This document shows positions 1 through 11,941 of a DNA stretch of 64,000 nucleotides, piece by piece. This DNA comes from Lepidodermella squamata (lineage: Eukaryota > Animalia > Gastrotricha): the NCBI GenBank assembly GCA_047495785.1, contig JBLDXI010000002.1, positions 2,790,001 through 2,854,000 on the forward strand, read 5' to 3'. Position 1 is the stretch's first letter. Each line of letters starts with the position of its first letter. The notes beneath the pieces were generated by a model. It ran no database searches, was not told the DNA's origin, and saw only the letters and a program-made list of their open reading frames with translations. Both the position numbers and the translations under genes were made by a program.

Positions 1-449
1 CAAATAACAATACTTGAAATTTGCAATTCAGACTGGGAATAGGTGCTGTTTTTTCCGGGTCAGACGGGGTGAGTAATTGCTGTTTTTTACCGTTGCACTT
101 TCGCAACATCAATTTAATTGCCATTTCGAACTTCGATGAGTGCGAGCATATATTTATCGGCATGTTGTTTTCTAGAAAATAAATAAGGTCAATTTCAGTT
201 TTATTCATCATTAAGCAAACATTTTTTTAATTGTAAGTGGACATTGGACAGCCTACGCCACTATGCCGGCATTTAAACCCCATGGGTGTAGAATCTGCAC
301 AACTTGCCATTTTCGGCCCATGGGACCAATATTAATAATATCACGTCCTATATTTAGCTCACGATGTTTCGCTCTGAAAATGATTGTCTGGAAGCGATGC
401 AGAATTGCCCGGCTTCCATAGCCCCCGCTGCCCGATCCAAGACCTCTGA

Positions 450-456
450 TATATAA
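450..456 (+). promoter_or_regulatory. TATA-like box upstream of secreted peptide gene
   Basis: TATATAA about 65 nt upstream of ATG 520; a matching AATAAA lies at 923-928 after the stop. Confidence 0.4.
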
Positions 457-519
457 TTATAAATGTGTCCCATTTTTGATTCGTTAGAAATTTTTCGCGA
501 ATTTTTAAAATCTTCAACA

Positions 520-828
520 ATGATCGTGAATCGGTTCGCGTATTACGCCCTCATCGTAGCATGTCTGTGGATTGCCGTAGCCGCGAGTTCTTCGCCGGGT
601 TTTTATTTCCGCAATTCGAGGCCTATCAGCCGCCATCAGTCAAGTGGAGGCGATAGCTGGGCGCTGAAAAACGCTTACTCCTTGTCGAAACTTGGCGCTG
701 CAGTAGATCAACCACGGCGTGTTAAACAGGAGCCCGCCCAGCAAGTCATCAGCATTATCACCGACGACAGCGACGAACTTGCTTACAATCCACGATTCGG
801 AAAATACGAAGTCGACCTAGGAAAATGA
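520..828 (+). CDS. Small secreted protein, candidate RFamide-type neuropeptide precursor
   Basis: ATG 520 begins a signal peptide (MIVNRFAYYALIVACLWIAVAA). The C-terminal part has ELAYNPRF-G-K (amidation Gly plus basic residue), with an upstream RR. Single exon flanked by TATA and AATAAA. Confidence 0.6.
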   Translation: MIVNRFAYYALIVACLWIAVAASSSPGFYFRNSRPISRHQSSGGDSWALKNAYSLSKLGAAVDQPRRVKQEPAQQVISIITDDSDELAYNPRFGKYEVDLGK

Positions 829-983
829 GTATCGCCATATGAAATTTTGAGGAGGATCGGCTACGACCGAAATCTTCTAGTCTCTTCTATCATCTTGCCG
901 TTTATTTTTCATTCCATGTTTCAATAAATGTAATACCAACATTTTAATATAAAAAAATCGTTTTTGAAGTGATAATCTTTGGG

Positions 984-2651
984 TTATAGGCGGTAGGCAG
1001 CTGTGCTAGCTTGCGACGCGACAAATTTCTGCGTCCTGCGATGGTAGCTAGGACAACACACCTCCGAGCAAGTCACCAGCAAATTATCGAAAGAGCAGAA
1101 AAATGTCCCAAGAGTCTGCATAATGACCGCTGACAAAATGATGTAGGTTCTATAGAGCAAAACGCAAAACGAATAATCTTAATTTACTGCTGAATCAACC
1201 ATAAACAGACAACTTACGCAATGGAGAAGTGTATGAAAGAGGGCTCGCTCCTCATTTTTATGCAAATATATGTTGTTGTTCCGGCGAGAAGAAATTCGTT
1301 TACGATTAGCAGCTCCGCAGTTGAATGAATTCGGTACACGTACTAGAAATAATATTGAAGATATAAAGTCGATGCTGTGAGTTTGGTGCCTACCTTTCTG
1401 AGGTTGCCACCACGGCCACATTGAGCGAACATGATGGCGAAGCAGGCGATGATGCTGGACAAAAGATAGGCGGCATACACGCATAGGACCTTGAGCCGCC
1501 AGCCGAAGAAGTCTTGAAATTCAGGCGGCAAGTCGGTGCAACCACCGACCCCCGACGAGTAATCCTCGTCGTGGTCGTCACCTTGGATTCCCCGGCCGAT
1601 CTCGCCCATTAGCGTAGAATTATTGATAGACTCAAACAGGTTCTTAGCTTTGTCGCCGAGATATGATATGTCCCACAAACCGAACACGCATTCACCGCCG
1701 AATGTTGCGAACCGGTTCCACGCAATGCCGACCATGACGAGAATGAAAGCGATGAAAGTGAACAGCAGAGAGAATAGACGGAACTTGTGGAACATCGGCG
1801 TGTCCCAAACTAGCATCAGGGCGTTTGACGCTTCGTCCGTACCGGCACCGGGTATTATACTCATCGCCTTTTTCATCTGCCGATTGTTCGCTGAACCTGC
1901 ACCTGCTGCTCCATGCGCCCCACTGAGTCCCTTTGCTGCTTTACTGAGGTCCTCAAGGCTACCGCCAAGAGCTGCTTCTGTGTTCCACGATTCGACGCTC
2001 TTGAAGAAAACCGCGGCCTCTTTGCGCGCTAAAATGTTGAAAATAATCCAAAAAATCCAGCTTAATTAAAATTTACTGATAAATTAATCCTATAAAATTA
2101 GAATTTTTATTGCGCTGTTTATATTGCGAAGAAGTTATTTTGAATTGCGATTAATTCAATCCTAATATCTTTCATGAAAATTGATTAATATGAGGTTTGT
2201 TACTCCTCAATCTCCTTTTCGAAATTTCGATTTTTCAGAATTTATCTCCTGATAATTTTCTGTCTTTCATGAACGATTCTGCCGCTTTTTAAAGCGTTTA
2301 AAAAGGTTCTGATTGAATTATAAAAATTCGAGGAATCACATATTAGACTAATACACCGTACCTTTCAATCTGGCCAATGCGAATCTCTGCTGGGGATTCG
2401 GCGTCGCTGCGTGGGACATTGTCTGTGTCGGCGTTTTTGTGCCGGCCGCAAACTTGCTCGATGTCGATGCTACCCGTTTAAGGCTGGCCTGATTAACTGT
2501 AGTTCCGGGTGTCGATGTAATATTTGTAATCGCCGAGTTTACGCCTGGCGTCGCTGTCGCAGAACCCGACGTCTGTATTACGAAATAGTATAGACATAAT
2601 AGATATTACGAAAATGCGATCGCATCGGCGACGAACCTGCCGAACACTCAT
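984..2651 (-). CDS. Four-TM claudin/PMP22-like (tetraspan) protein with long Ser/Thr/Ala-rich N-terminus, about 383 aa
   Basis: Exons 2651-2637, 2572-2362, 2028-1394, 1342-1218 and 1149-984 join in frame through GT-AG introns. Four hydrophobic segments, and an FGLW motif plus Cys in the first extracellular loop. Confidence 0.7.
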
Positions 2652-4067
2652 TGTAGCGGCTAATTAGGCTCGGATAATATCAGACCAGGGGCTAAATTGT
2701 ATCGCCTGAATGGTTCGAGGATTTACAACGCCGATGGCAGTGATGTCATCGGCACGAGTCTATATAATTGAGAAAAAACGATATGCTCTGATGATAATGA
2801 TTGGAAACTGCTGCGCCGCGTGAGTTGCAGCCGCAAAGTTGTAATGTAAGCGATAGAAAGGATGCAAGACGTATCGATTTGTTGCGCTCAGATTGAAATC
2901 TGAAATTCGCTATTTATCTAACGTGTGTTCCGCCGTGCTAGTCGCAGATATCGCCAATGCTTTGCGGGTAATTGACAGCGGAGAAAAGCGTAGCGAACAG
3001 GCTTTATTCTGCTCTTTTCATGTTCTATTATGCCCGCGTATTGAATACGCTACTCTACCTTGCCGCAGCACATCGAAAAGGCACTCGGGCGATCGGCTGC
3101 GAATTTTATTAAAATAATTCAATGTGCTCGCTGGTACTCAGCTTGTTTGCGAGTGCCGCTAATGCAATTGTCGGCGCGGCTGAGCAAGCCGCAGGACTCA
3201 TTTACAATCGGCAACCTCATCGTCATCATCGCCACGGAGAGGGCGAAATCAATCGCCAAGTCCCGCAGTGCCGGCCGATAAAATTTCGCCGTGCGTGTAA
3301 TCGTATTTGTGTCGTGAGCGTTTTTTTACGAGCGATAAAAATGCGCGAGCAGAGACGTAAAAGAGCGACGTATCCAGGCAACAGCTGGCACGCGTCTCAG
3401 TTTTTTCTCGAATAGGAATTTTTTACCAAAGGCCGAGATGACCTCAGGGTGACCAATACTAGTTTTAAGAGCTCCGTGTCGCAGTATATTTGCTTATCAA
3501 CCTCAAAATTATTTCTCGTCAAATCGGCAATATTTTTTTGCTCAAGTGGATTGTTTTGAGCGGCAGTCAGCTTTCATCCAACGTCCAACGTAATCGACAG
3601 GATCAGCTTCATTGATTCCTAATTATCCAATTATCATACAATGAGATCAGCCATGGTGCTAAGATTTGAAATCGAGATCATACTTCATTTTCTGTCAAGT
3701 TATCGAAATTGAGAAAAAAAACACAAGAGACAAAATACTGATGCGATTCCTTAAAAGTATGTATCGTCGACTATTATATGATTATAATGATCTGGGTGAT
3801 CTAGTCTCGGAGTTCCAATTCAGGCTGTAATGCTTTTGTCCATCCTGGTGAAGAATCGGAAAAAATCGAAAATAATTCGAAAAAATTAACTGAAAATGTG
3901 TCGTCTTCACGCGGGCTTAACTCATCAAAAACCGCGCAGAAATGCACTTTACATTGATAAGGATGCACCGCAGTAATCTGTTTGGTCTTATCTTTCTTCA
4001 AACAAACCCAATTGAGCTCGAAAAGCGAGTCGCTGTTAGGCAGTGGAGATAAAGCCTTGGCTTTGAA

Positions 4068-5711
4068 ATGAAGCTAGAATTATTATTCTTGACCCATATT
4101 ATACATCTGGTCTGCAGTTATGGGACAAGCGGTTACTTCGATTCGATAACAGGTAACCCTCAGGTACCGACTGACTGGGATAGAATTGTAAAAGATGCAC
4201 AGTTACCTGCTAGCTGCAAACTTGTCCATGTAAATTGAAATAGTTCAAATTTCATGCTGAAGATTAAGTCAATTTTCGCTTAGATTCGAGGTGTTCTTCG
4301 CCACGGCACGCGCTCTTTCGAGGAAGCCGATGAAGATGATTGCAAGAGTGCCATTAAGAAGATTGCGAAAGCTAATCCGAAGCCAGACTCGTCCAATGGT
4401 GGTCTCACAAAAAAACAGTTGAGCGCAATCCTGAACTGGAAAAGCTCAGCTCCAACCGAAAAGGAATTGTTGCCAAGAGGTTTCCAGGAGCACGCCTTTC
4501 TCGGCGAGAATTACTACAACATCACTGGAGGGCCTAATTCGTTAATCGACGTCAATACTGTCATTTTCGAAGCTTCGAATGTCGAGCGAACTATCGACAG
4601 CGCTGGTTCTTTTCGGGAGCGTTGGGCTAATCTAACGCTGAATCGAAACCTCAGCGCAGTTACTGTGAATGATGCTCGGAACCATTTTCACAAAAACTGC
4701 ACGGCTTACCGTATTCGAGTAGCGAAGAACGACTCAGCAGATCCAGAGAAGAAGCGGGCGAAGGATTCTGATGATGGGAGAAGCATCATTTACAAGGTTA
4801 ACTTTGTGAAACTTGGTCTGCACACAGAAGCATTAGGCTGGCGTGAGTCGGAATTTAAGATTTGATCGATTAAAATTTCAAGAAAAATTTGAATTTCAGA
4901 TGAAATCAAAGCTCTATACGTCATGGCCGCGTATGAAATGGCAGCTGACTACGATACAGGATCAGTTTTCTTGCCTCTTTTTGACGACGAAGATCTCGCG
5001 TACCTCGAATACGCCGAAGATATCGACAATTATTGGGTGAAATCCTACAGCTATGACGATGTTACCCGGCGAATGAGCTGTCCACTGACTACGCATATTT
5101 TCCAGACCGCAGAACGGGCTTACGCTAACAATACAGAGCCAAGCATGTTTTCATTCGCCCACCTCGAAGCGGTATTGCCAATATTCGGAGCCTTCGGGTT
5201 CTACCACGACCCGCCCGAAGTATTTCTAGCTAACACATCGAGGTATTTCTATCTAAATCGCCAGTTTGACACGTCAAAGATCGGAGTTTTCGCGACGAAT
5301 TTCGCTTTCCTATTCGTAAGAATTATTACTTAACATTTTACCTTGGGCAAAACTTTTTTATCGCAGTTCCAATGCCCAGCTGAAGCGTACCCACGCGATA
5401 AACTTGTAATGTTTGTGGCGAACGGGAAGCCAGAAGTGCTGGCTGCAGCTTGTCCGTATAATCTGGCGTGTCCGTTTGAACAGGTGCTACAGGGTTATCC
5501 ATACCCGACCGGCTTCGAAACTGTTTGCAATTACGAAGAAATATGCAGCCTAAATATAACTTCGACCACTACTGTTGCTACTACAGCTAATACAGGAGCT
5601 ACTCAACCTATTGTAGGAAGTTCAACCACGGCCAAAAGCAAGAGTAATTCGCTGCATTTCAATATTTCGATGATAGTAGTTCTAGCGGCGTTCGCGATAA
5701 GCCGAGTTTGA
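4068..5711 (+). CDS. MINPP1: Multiple inositol polyphosphate phosphatase-like histidine acid phosphatase, about 493 aa, probable GPI anchor
   Basis: Exons 4068-4229, 4284-4842, 4900-5315 and 5367-5711 join in frame. Signal peptide MKLELLFLTHIIHLVCS, catalytic C..VHIRGVLRHGTRSF, second motif FAHLE, then a Thr-rich stalk and hydrophobic C-tail. Confidence 0.8.
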
Positions 5712-6197
5712 AGCGAATAAAAACACAACACGAAATTCGTTCATCAATGTCATTTATTTTCTTCGAAACAATTTCCTTTTTTTGGCATCATATTCAGAAA
5801 TTTTCATCTCTCTCTCAATATCAACAACAGTAATGAAATAATATTAAGAAATTTTGTGTAAGATGCGAAATTTACACTTTGACTATCATCATCGCCAGTT
5901 TGCTTTTGCCGCTCGTCATCAACAGAAAAAACGTAAAAACACAAAAGTTCATCTCATGATAGCGAAATAATAATATGATAATAACCTGCAGTTTACCAAC
6001 GTGGAACAACAACAACATAAATAAAAACTATTCTCCAAATTTGATGTAAACCGATTCTGCGCGAAAAACTTCGAGCGCTACGTATATAAGTTAAATAAAG
6101 TATCATCTGAAAAATCGAGAGCTTTTGAACAACGAAATCAGCGCAGCTCATTCAGCTTTTATCGAGGCAATTGAAGAGAACACAGCAGCAGATAGGT

Positions 6198-9100
6198 TTA
6201 CACGACAGATTCGGGCGCGTTCAACGGCTGGCCAGTTCGCAAAAGGCGCTTGAATGACTCGCGCAACCGCCGCACGCTAGCAAGGCAAAAAGCACCAAAG
6301 TTGCCTTCGAGGTTGTACCACGTGGCGGATCGGCCGCGGTAGTCGACGCGTGCGATCATGAACACCTGCGAGCGCCCGGCACCCGCTGGTCGAATGACGA
6401 AAGCCGTCACGAGGTTGATGCCGCGAATGCTGTGGCTGGACGCTGAGGCGAGTCGCGGCCGGGAGCACGAATCGTCGCTTGTTGTCGGCTGATCTGCGGG
6501 CGGGTTAGCGGCAGGGTGGTCGATGGAGGTGGCGACGACGAGACATTCTTCTTGGCGCGGGTCGACGGTGCAACTGCGCTTGAGCCAGGTGCGCAGTTCG
6601 ACGAATTCGCGCGGCGGTTCCGGCGCCATCGATGCGACACGGTACGACACGATCTCTGTCGCCATGTTCAGCTTTTGAAGTATCCGGAATTCAGCGACAT
6701 CAGGATCCCAGATATGTCTAATAAATGATAAATAAAAAAATGGCTATTTTATGCACACAAATTAAAAAAGCCAGCTTAAAAATTCCACACATTACCCCTA
6801 ATAATAAATCTACACAAAATTACCACGTAGAAATCTTCGATATTATTAATTAATTAATGAGCACAACCGAACGGTCTTTCTAAGCTGAATGATGATTTTA
6901 TAGGCTCACCTCTCTTGATAGATCTTGCGAAGAAGCTCCATGGGCGGAGCGTCGACGAGGGTGGAGGACCGCCACAACCGAAGTGGGTGGCCGTCAGCAG
7001 GGCGCTGGTACGCCAACTGGCACTCGGCGTCCACGTTTGAGCAATCGACAGATATCCAAGCACGATTATTTTCCTCGTTAACCTCCTAGAAAAAATGAGT
7101 TAATTCCTAATTGAACGGAGTCCCAATAAATCGAACCTTGGTTATCCGGTGAATTAACGAGTTGAGGTAGTTTTCGAAGCCGCCGTGCTGTTCGCTAATC
7201 TGCGTCAGCGTAAGCGGGAAGCTTTGGTCAATATACGAGAAGCGACAGCAGCGTAGTGTGTCTTGGGAAACCTGCGAAAAAATGCCGAAATTTCAAACAA
7301 AATTCGGGTAAAAAAAATTAGAAATTACCGTAAAAATGCGTTGGCAGTTGTTAATCATAGTCGCCAGACATTCGTGAGCAGTTTTCTGTTGCATCAACTC
7401 GCGATGGTTTGGAATCTCAGGCAAAACGACCGCCGATTTAGACGACGCCTTCCGCGATGAACCCGACTTATTAGCACCGCCCCGCCGTTGCCCACTCGCC
7501 GCTAACGATGGGTGTTGCGGCGATCTGTCTGGCAGCGCATCCGCCGCCAAAATCGTCGAAAGCGAGAAGAGGGATGGCGCGAAACAAATCGCTAGGTTGC
7601 TCGCTGTCATTTGATGAGTTTCGGCATGCGTTGCCACGTCATGTAGGAACAACAGCAAACAGTGGAGGACCTCGCGATTTTCGTCCGGCAGCAATAGCAG
7701 GCAATTTTCGATAACTTCGAGCCATCGCTCGGGCGGCGCGCGTAACATCACAGCTGAGAGTTGCGCCGTGAAGAGACAGGCCGGCAGCTCGCGGAAATAT
7801 TGCTTAATCAAATCGCCGACATCGTACGGCGACAGGCCTTCGAAATCCGTGCGTTCCGGGTTAGACTCGAGTTCTTCCTTCAACTGCTGGATGCGAGTTC
7901 GAACGCCACTTCGCCGGAAAATTCCAAGCGCGTCCTTGCAGTTGTGTAGGACGTAGCGCATCGCGTGGAGAATGCACAGCGGAAGAGGCTGGCCGGTGGT
8001 TTGCTGAACGGCGCTGAGAGGGGCGCCGAACACGCGAGGAGCGCCCGATTTCAGGGCGTCGAACATCCCACCAGCGTGCGAGCCGACCCGCTGCGGCTTT
8101 TTCACCAACGCATTCAGTTCGAGCAGTAAATCCGCCGACGAAACGCGTTCATGGCCATCTTCCTTCGCCGCCTCGATAATCGCGGTCAAGTTCAAAACAG
8201 CGACCTTCCGCAGCATGTTCAACTGGCCGGCAGTCATGCAGGAGATGTGCCGCCGGTCTTGGGCGCAGAACCCGGGCACGTGACTCTTCTGGAACGAATG
8301 CCACCGCACTCGATGCCGCCGTTGCTGCTCGTTTGGCGAGCGGGTGATTGAAGAGCCAACGCCAGAATCGTGCCGTTCCCTCGTACGAGGCGCGGGTGCC
8401 TCTACAACAGCGGTCGGTTGTAGTTGCTGTTGATTGCTGTTAGTCTGCCGCTGCGATTCAAGAGTTGTCGGCTTTGAATCACTAGGCGAAGACGAAGAAG
8501 ACACGCCGCTGTACGATACATTAACCGCGAGCTTCGAACCAGGCGCTGGCATGGCGGGAGGGGGCGGGATATGCCTCAAACCGCTCAAGTTTGACTCATC
8601 AATGAACCGAAGACTCGAGTCTTGAATAGTTGCTGAGCCATCGATTGATTTCTGTAGGACGTCCATCGAGTTTTGAAGCTCGGCGAGTATGTCGTCGAGG
8701 CCATCGGGTTCAGTGCGAATCGGGGCGGCGGCAGCAGATCGCCGTTGGTTCGACTCGTCGAGGTTGTCGTAGAGGCTGTGTCTCGAGGCGGACCGAGGCG
8801 CTACCGCTACGTCCATCGGCGTGAGTTGCTGCGATAAGAGGCGATTCCGCGGCACCATCGGCGTCGCATTTGCATCGGGCTGAGCAATAGTCGCCAGCAA
8901 CTGGTCGAGTGCCGACCGGGTCGGCGCCGCGTTTTCATCCGCGCGCTGGCTGCGCCCGGCTTGTTCCGCGAATAATTGAATCTCACTCTGTAGTATCGAG
9001 GCGCACTCTTTGAAAACGGTGCTGATTTCTTTGAAGCGAATATGGTCGCGGTACGAGGCCCGACTCGCGGTCTCACTCGCCAGCGATGCTTCGGACAACC

Positions 9101-10757
9101 CGCGAGATAACGAGTCGGCCGCGTATTCGCACGAAGTTGAGCGGAGGTTTTTAGTCGAGGCGGTTTTCGGCGCAATCGCCGGCGCCTGTAAGTAACTCGG
9201 TATCGCAGAAATGGGCCGGTTATTCGGCGTCGACGCCAACAGCGGCCGGGCTGGTTCTGGATAGAGGTAAGACACGGCAGAGGCACTGGATGGCTCCGGT
9301 GTAGATCCACCGAATTGCTGGGCGCGCCACGCCTCGGGGGTGATGCCGGTCGTTAGGCGCCGACTACGGCTCATTTTCGAACCGGAAACGCCGAGAACTG
9401 TGCGCCCGGGCGTAGGCGGGCAGTTCGGCCGAGCGCCTGATTTCGAATTGGCGTCCGACACGGAGCGTTTTATACTGCTCGAGCCGCCGGTTGTAGCAAG
9501 TTCCGGCGGCACGGGCGGAGGCAGGGCGGTGGCGTTTGCGGCCGGGAAAGACGCGGCTGAAGGCGAGGCAGTGAGAGGCGGCGCCGGGGTGCCGGCCTCG
9601 GGCGACGGGCTGGCGTCGCTCGAGGCGCTAGTAACGGCGCCGACGGGTATATGCGGCAAGCTTGCGAGGCTCAGGCCGCGGTGATAATTCGCGGCGGCAG
9701 ATGCGAGAACAACCAGCGACGTCGCATCCTCGGACGGCTTCCGCGACCCTGGGCCATGATGGCCTGTGGCGTTAGACTGGTGCGCGGAGGTTAAAATGCG
9801 CCGAGGCCGCGGAACCGACGAATTGCCATCATGGCCGTCCTTGGTAGCGGTCGACTCGCGGCGAGACCATCGCCCGACAGATAACTGAAATTTCCAACGG
9901 TCAGAAAGCGCACAGTCTGTATCCAATTCATCATCTTCAGCATCATCGTCCAACTCGGTCATCTATAAGAAGAAAAGTTTGGTTAAAATTGCACCTTATA
10001 GCGAACATTTTCCTACAATGTCCCAAATTTAGGATATTTTAACAAAGACCCAAAAAAGATAGGCGACAATGGGTCGTAGTATTTTTGAAATAGAACAATT
10101 AACGAACGCGCGAAGGGGACGTTTAAAAATAGTTTTCTAATAAAAAAATTCCTCCTTAATAATTTGTTGCTTCACAATTGAGCTAAATTTAAAAACTAAA
10201 ATGACGTCTTGAGAAAATAATTTACCGTGTCCGATGTGTTGGTTGATGCAGAAGAGGGTTTATTGCTTTTGTTGGTCGCCGAGGACGGCCGTTCGACGAG
10301 GCTGCGCTGCGACTGTTGCAGGCGCCGGCTCGTCGACGCAGTCGCCGCGTTCGTGCAAAATTCATTAAGCAGCCGTAGTCGCTTCAACAATGGCTGTAAC
10401 AGGTCGATATCTAGAAAATCGTGATCACGCTCGACTTGTTCCAAATCGACAGGGAACTCGTTGTCGAGGAACATCTGATAGTACTGCGGGAAACCGGCCG
10501 CTTTTAGCCATCGTAAAGCGTTTGCAGCTTCGGCTTCTGTTCAAAAAAAACAAGAAATCGATAAAAAATCAATAATTAACAGTAATTAAAGTTAAAATTT
10601 TGGCGCGATTTTTCGTAAGCATCTATATCTAGAATAATGGCCCGCTTATTGCTGAATAATAACCTAATCTTCGGCGTATCTTGGCGTCGAGGCGCGACGC
10701 AGAGCCGAGCGTGACGGAGGAAACCTTGCCGACTATGTCGCGCAGAGCCTTCTTCAT
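6198..10757 (-). CDS. DLC1: SAM-RhoGAP-START protein (DLC1/STARD13/crossveinless-c family)
   Basis: Exons 10757-10664, 10536-10226 (SAM: WLKAAGFPQYYQMF), 9962-7329 (RHDSGVGSS, RVRWHSFQKSH, GAP GIFRRSG, MTASNLAICFAP), 7271-7137, 7085-6910 and 6717-6198 (START, ends PESVV) are phase-compatible. The 5' end is uncertain and may extend to the 15.3-16.4 kb exon. Confidence 0.92.
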
Positions 10758-11914
10758 GGCTCGCGGCGCAGTCACGGCGTCGAGAAACACGGAGTCTGGT
10801 GGCTACACGTCGACATGATGAGCTGACGGCCGACGGCAAGCTGGGCGAGGCGTGCGAAGAATAAATGGCGCGGTCGAGTCGCTCTATTTTCTCACTAGTT
10901 TATTTTTTCCCCTATAATATAATAGCGAGGCATGAAGATGATGATAGTTTAATGATGCGTGTATGGGTAGGTAATGAGGATCGTACTACTACTACGATGA
11001 CAAGTGTCGCACGTCCGACAATGCATGCATAAATGGCTGACTGGGTAAACAGAGGTTCACACAAAAATAATAATATTATCATTTCGTGGCCAGGGGATAT
11101 CGTTGCCGTATCGACGGCTGCGCTTGAGAAGTGACCGAGCGTAGGTCTCTCGACAGGTCTCTTCCTCTCGCAGTCATTCTACTGCGGCTACTCGACGTGC
11201 AAATAACGGCATGGCGACAAAAAACAGCACGGCCAGGTCCCTTATTATTTGTACGTACGGGCCAGCAGCTAAATGGCTTTAAGAACTTGCGAGCGAGCGA
11301 GCGGGCTAAGGCAGGCAAGCTCGGCTCGAGCAACGCACGACCACGGGTTATTTGCCGAATAGTAAATAGAAATGTAAATGCAAAGTGGGCGGCGCGGCGG
11401 ATATATCATGCACAAGCACGGCTGCTACTGGCACCACAACTACTACTGCATCTTCTGCTACTACTACGAGCAGCGAATCTACTACGAGCGAAATCAAGAA
11501 AAAGAAGAACTGCGCGACTACTACGCGCGAGTGTATGAATTCGCATTATTACGCTCGACGCAACTTAGGCGCGCGCGCGCGCCGGCTGTGGAAGACGATG
11601 GCCCTCGAAAAGAACTCCCCTATTGCGGTATTATCATCATTCGCTAAGATAAATAGTCGAACAAAAACGCAGAAGCGCAGCGCTCGTTCGCTACTCTCGC
11701 GCTGCTCAAGTTTTTGCGCGCGCGCGCGCAATGTTAAACAAAGTCGGCTCGCGCCCGCGAAAACAGCCCGCGCGCCGGGACGTGCCTCATCAGCGCCGGC
11801 TCGCGCATCGACGGCAATAAAGCCCGCGTTAACGCTGTGCGCTGCGAGCCCTGACATCTGGCCGCGCACGCATATAATATCGCAACAACGAAGAAGAAGA
11901 TCTCATCGTTTGCC

Positions 11915-11941
11915 GATCGATCGATAGATAGATAGATAGAT
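11915..11941. repeat. (GATC)2(GATA)4 microsatellite in CpG-rich upstream/intronic region
   Basis: Read directly; an (ATT)5 also lies at 12115-12130. Confidence 0.8.

Noticed and set aside
7263-10575. Many plus-strand and alternate-frame ORFs over the RhoGAP gene
   Set aside because: Shadow ORFs of GC-rich coding sequence with no recognisable domains.
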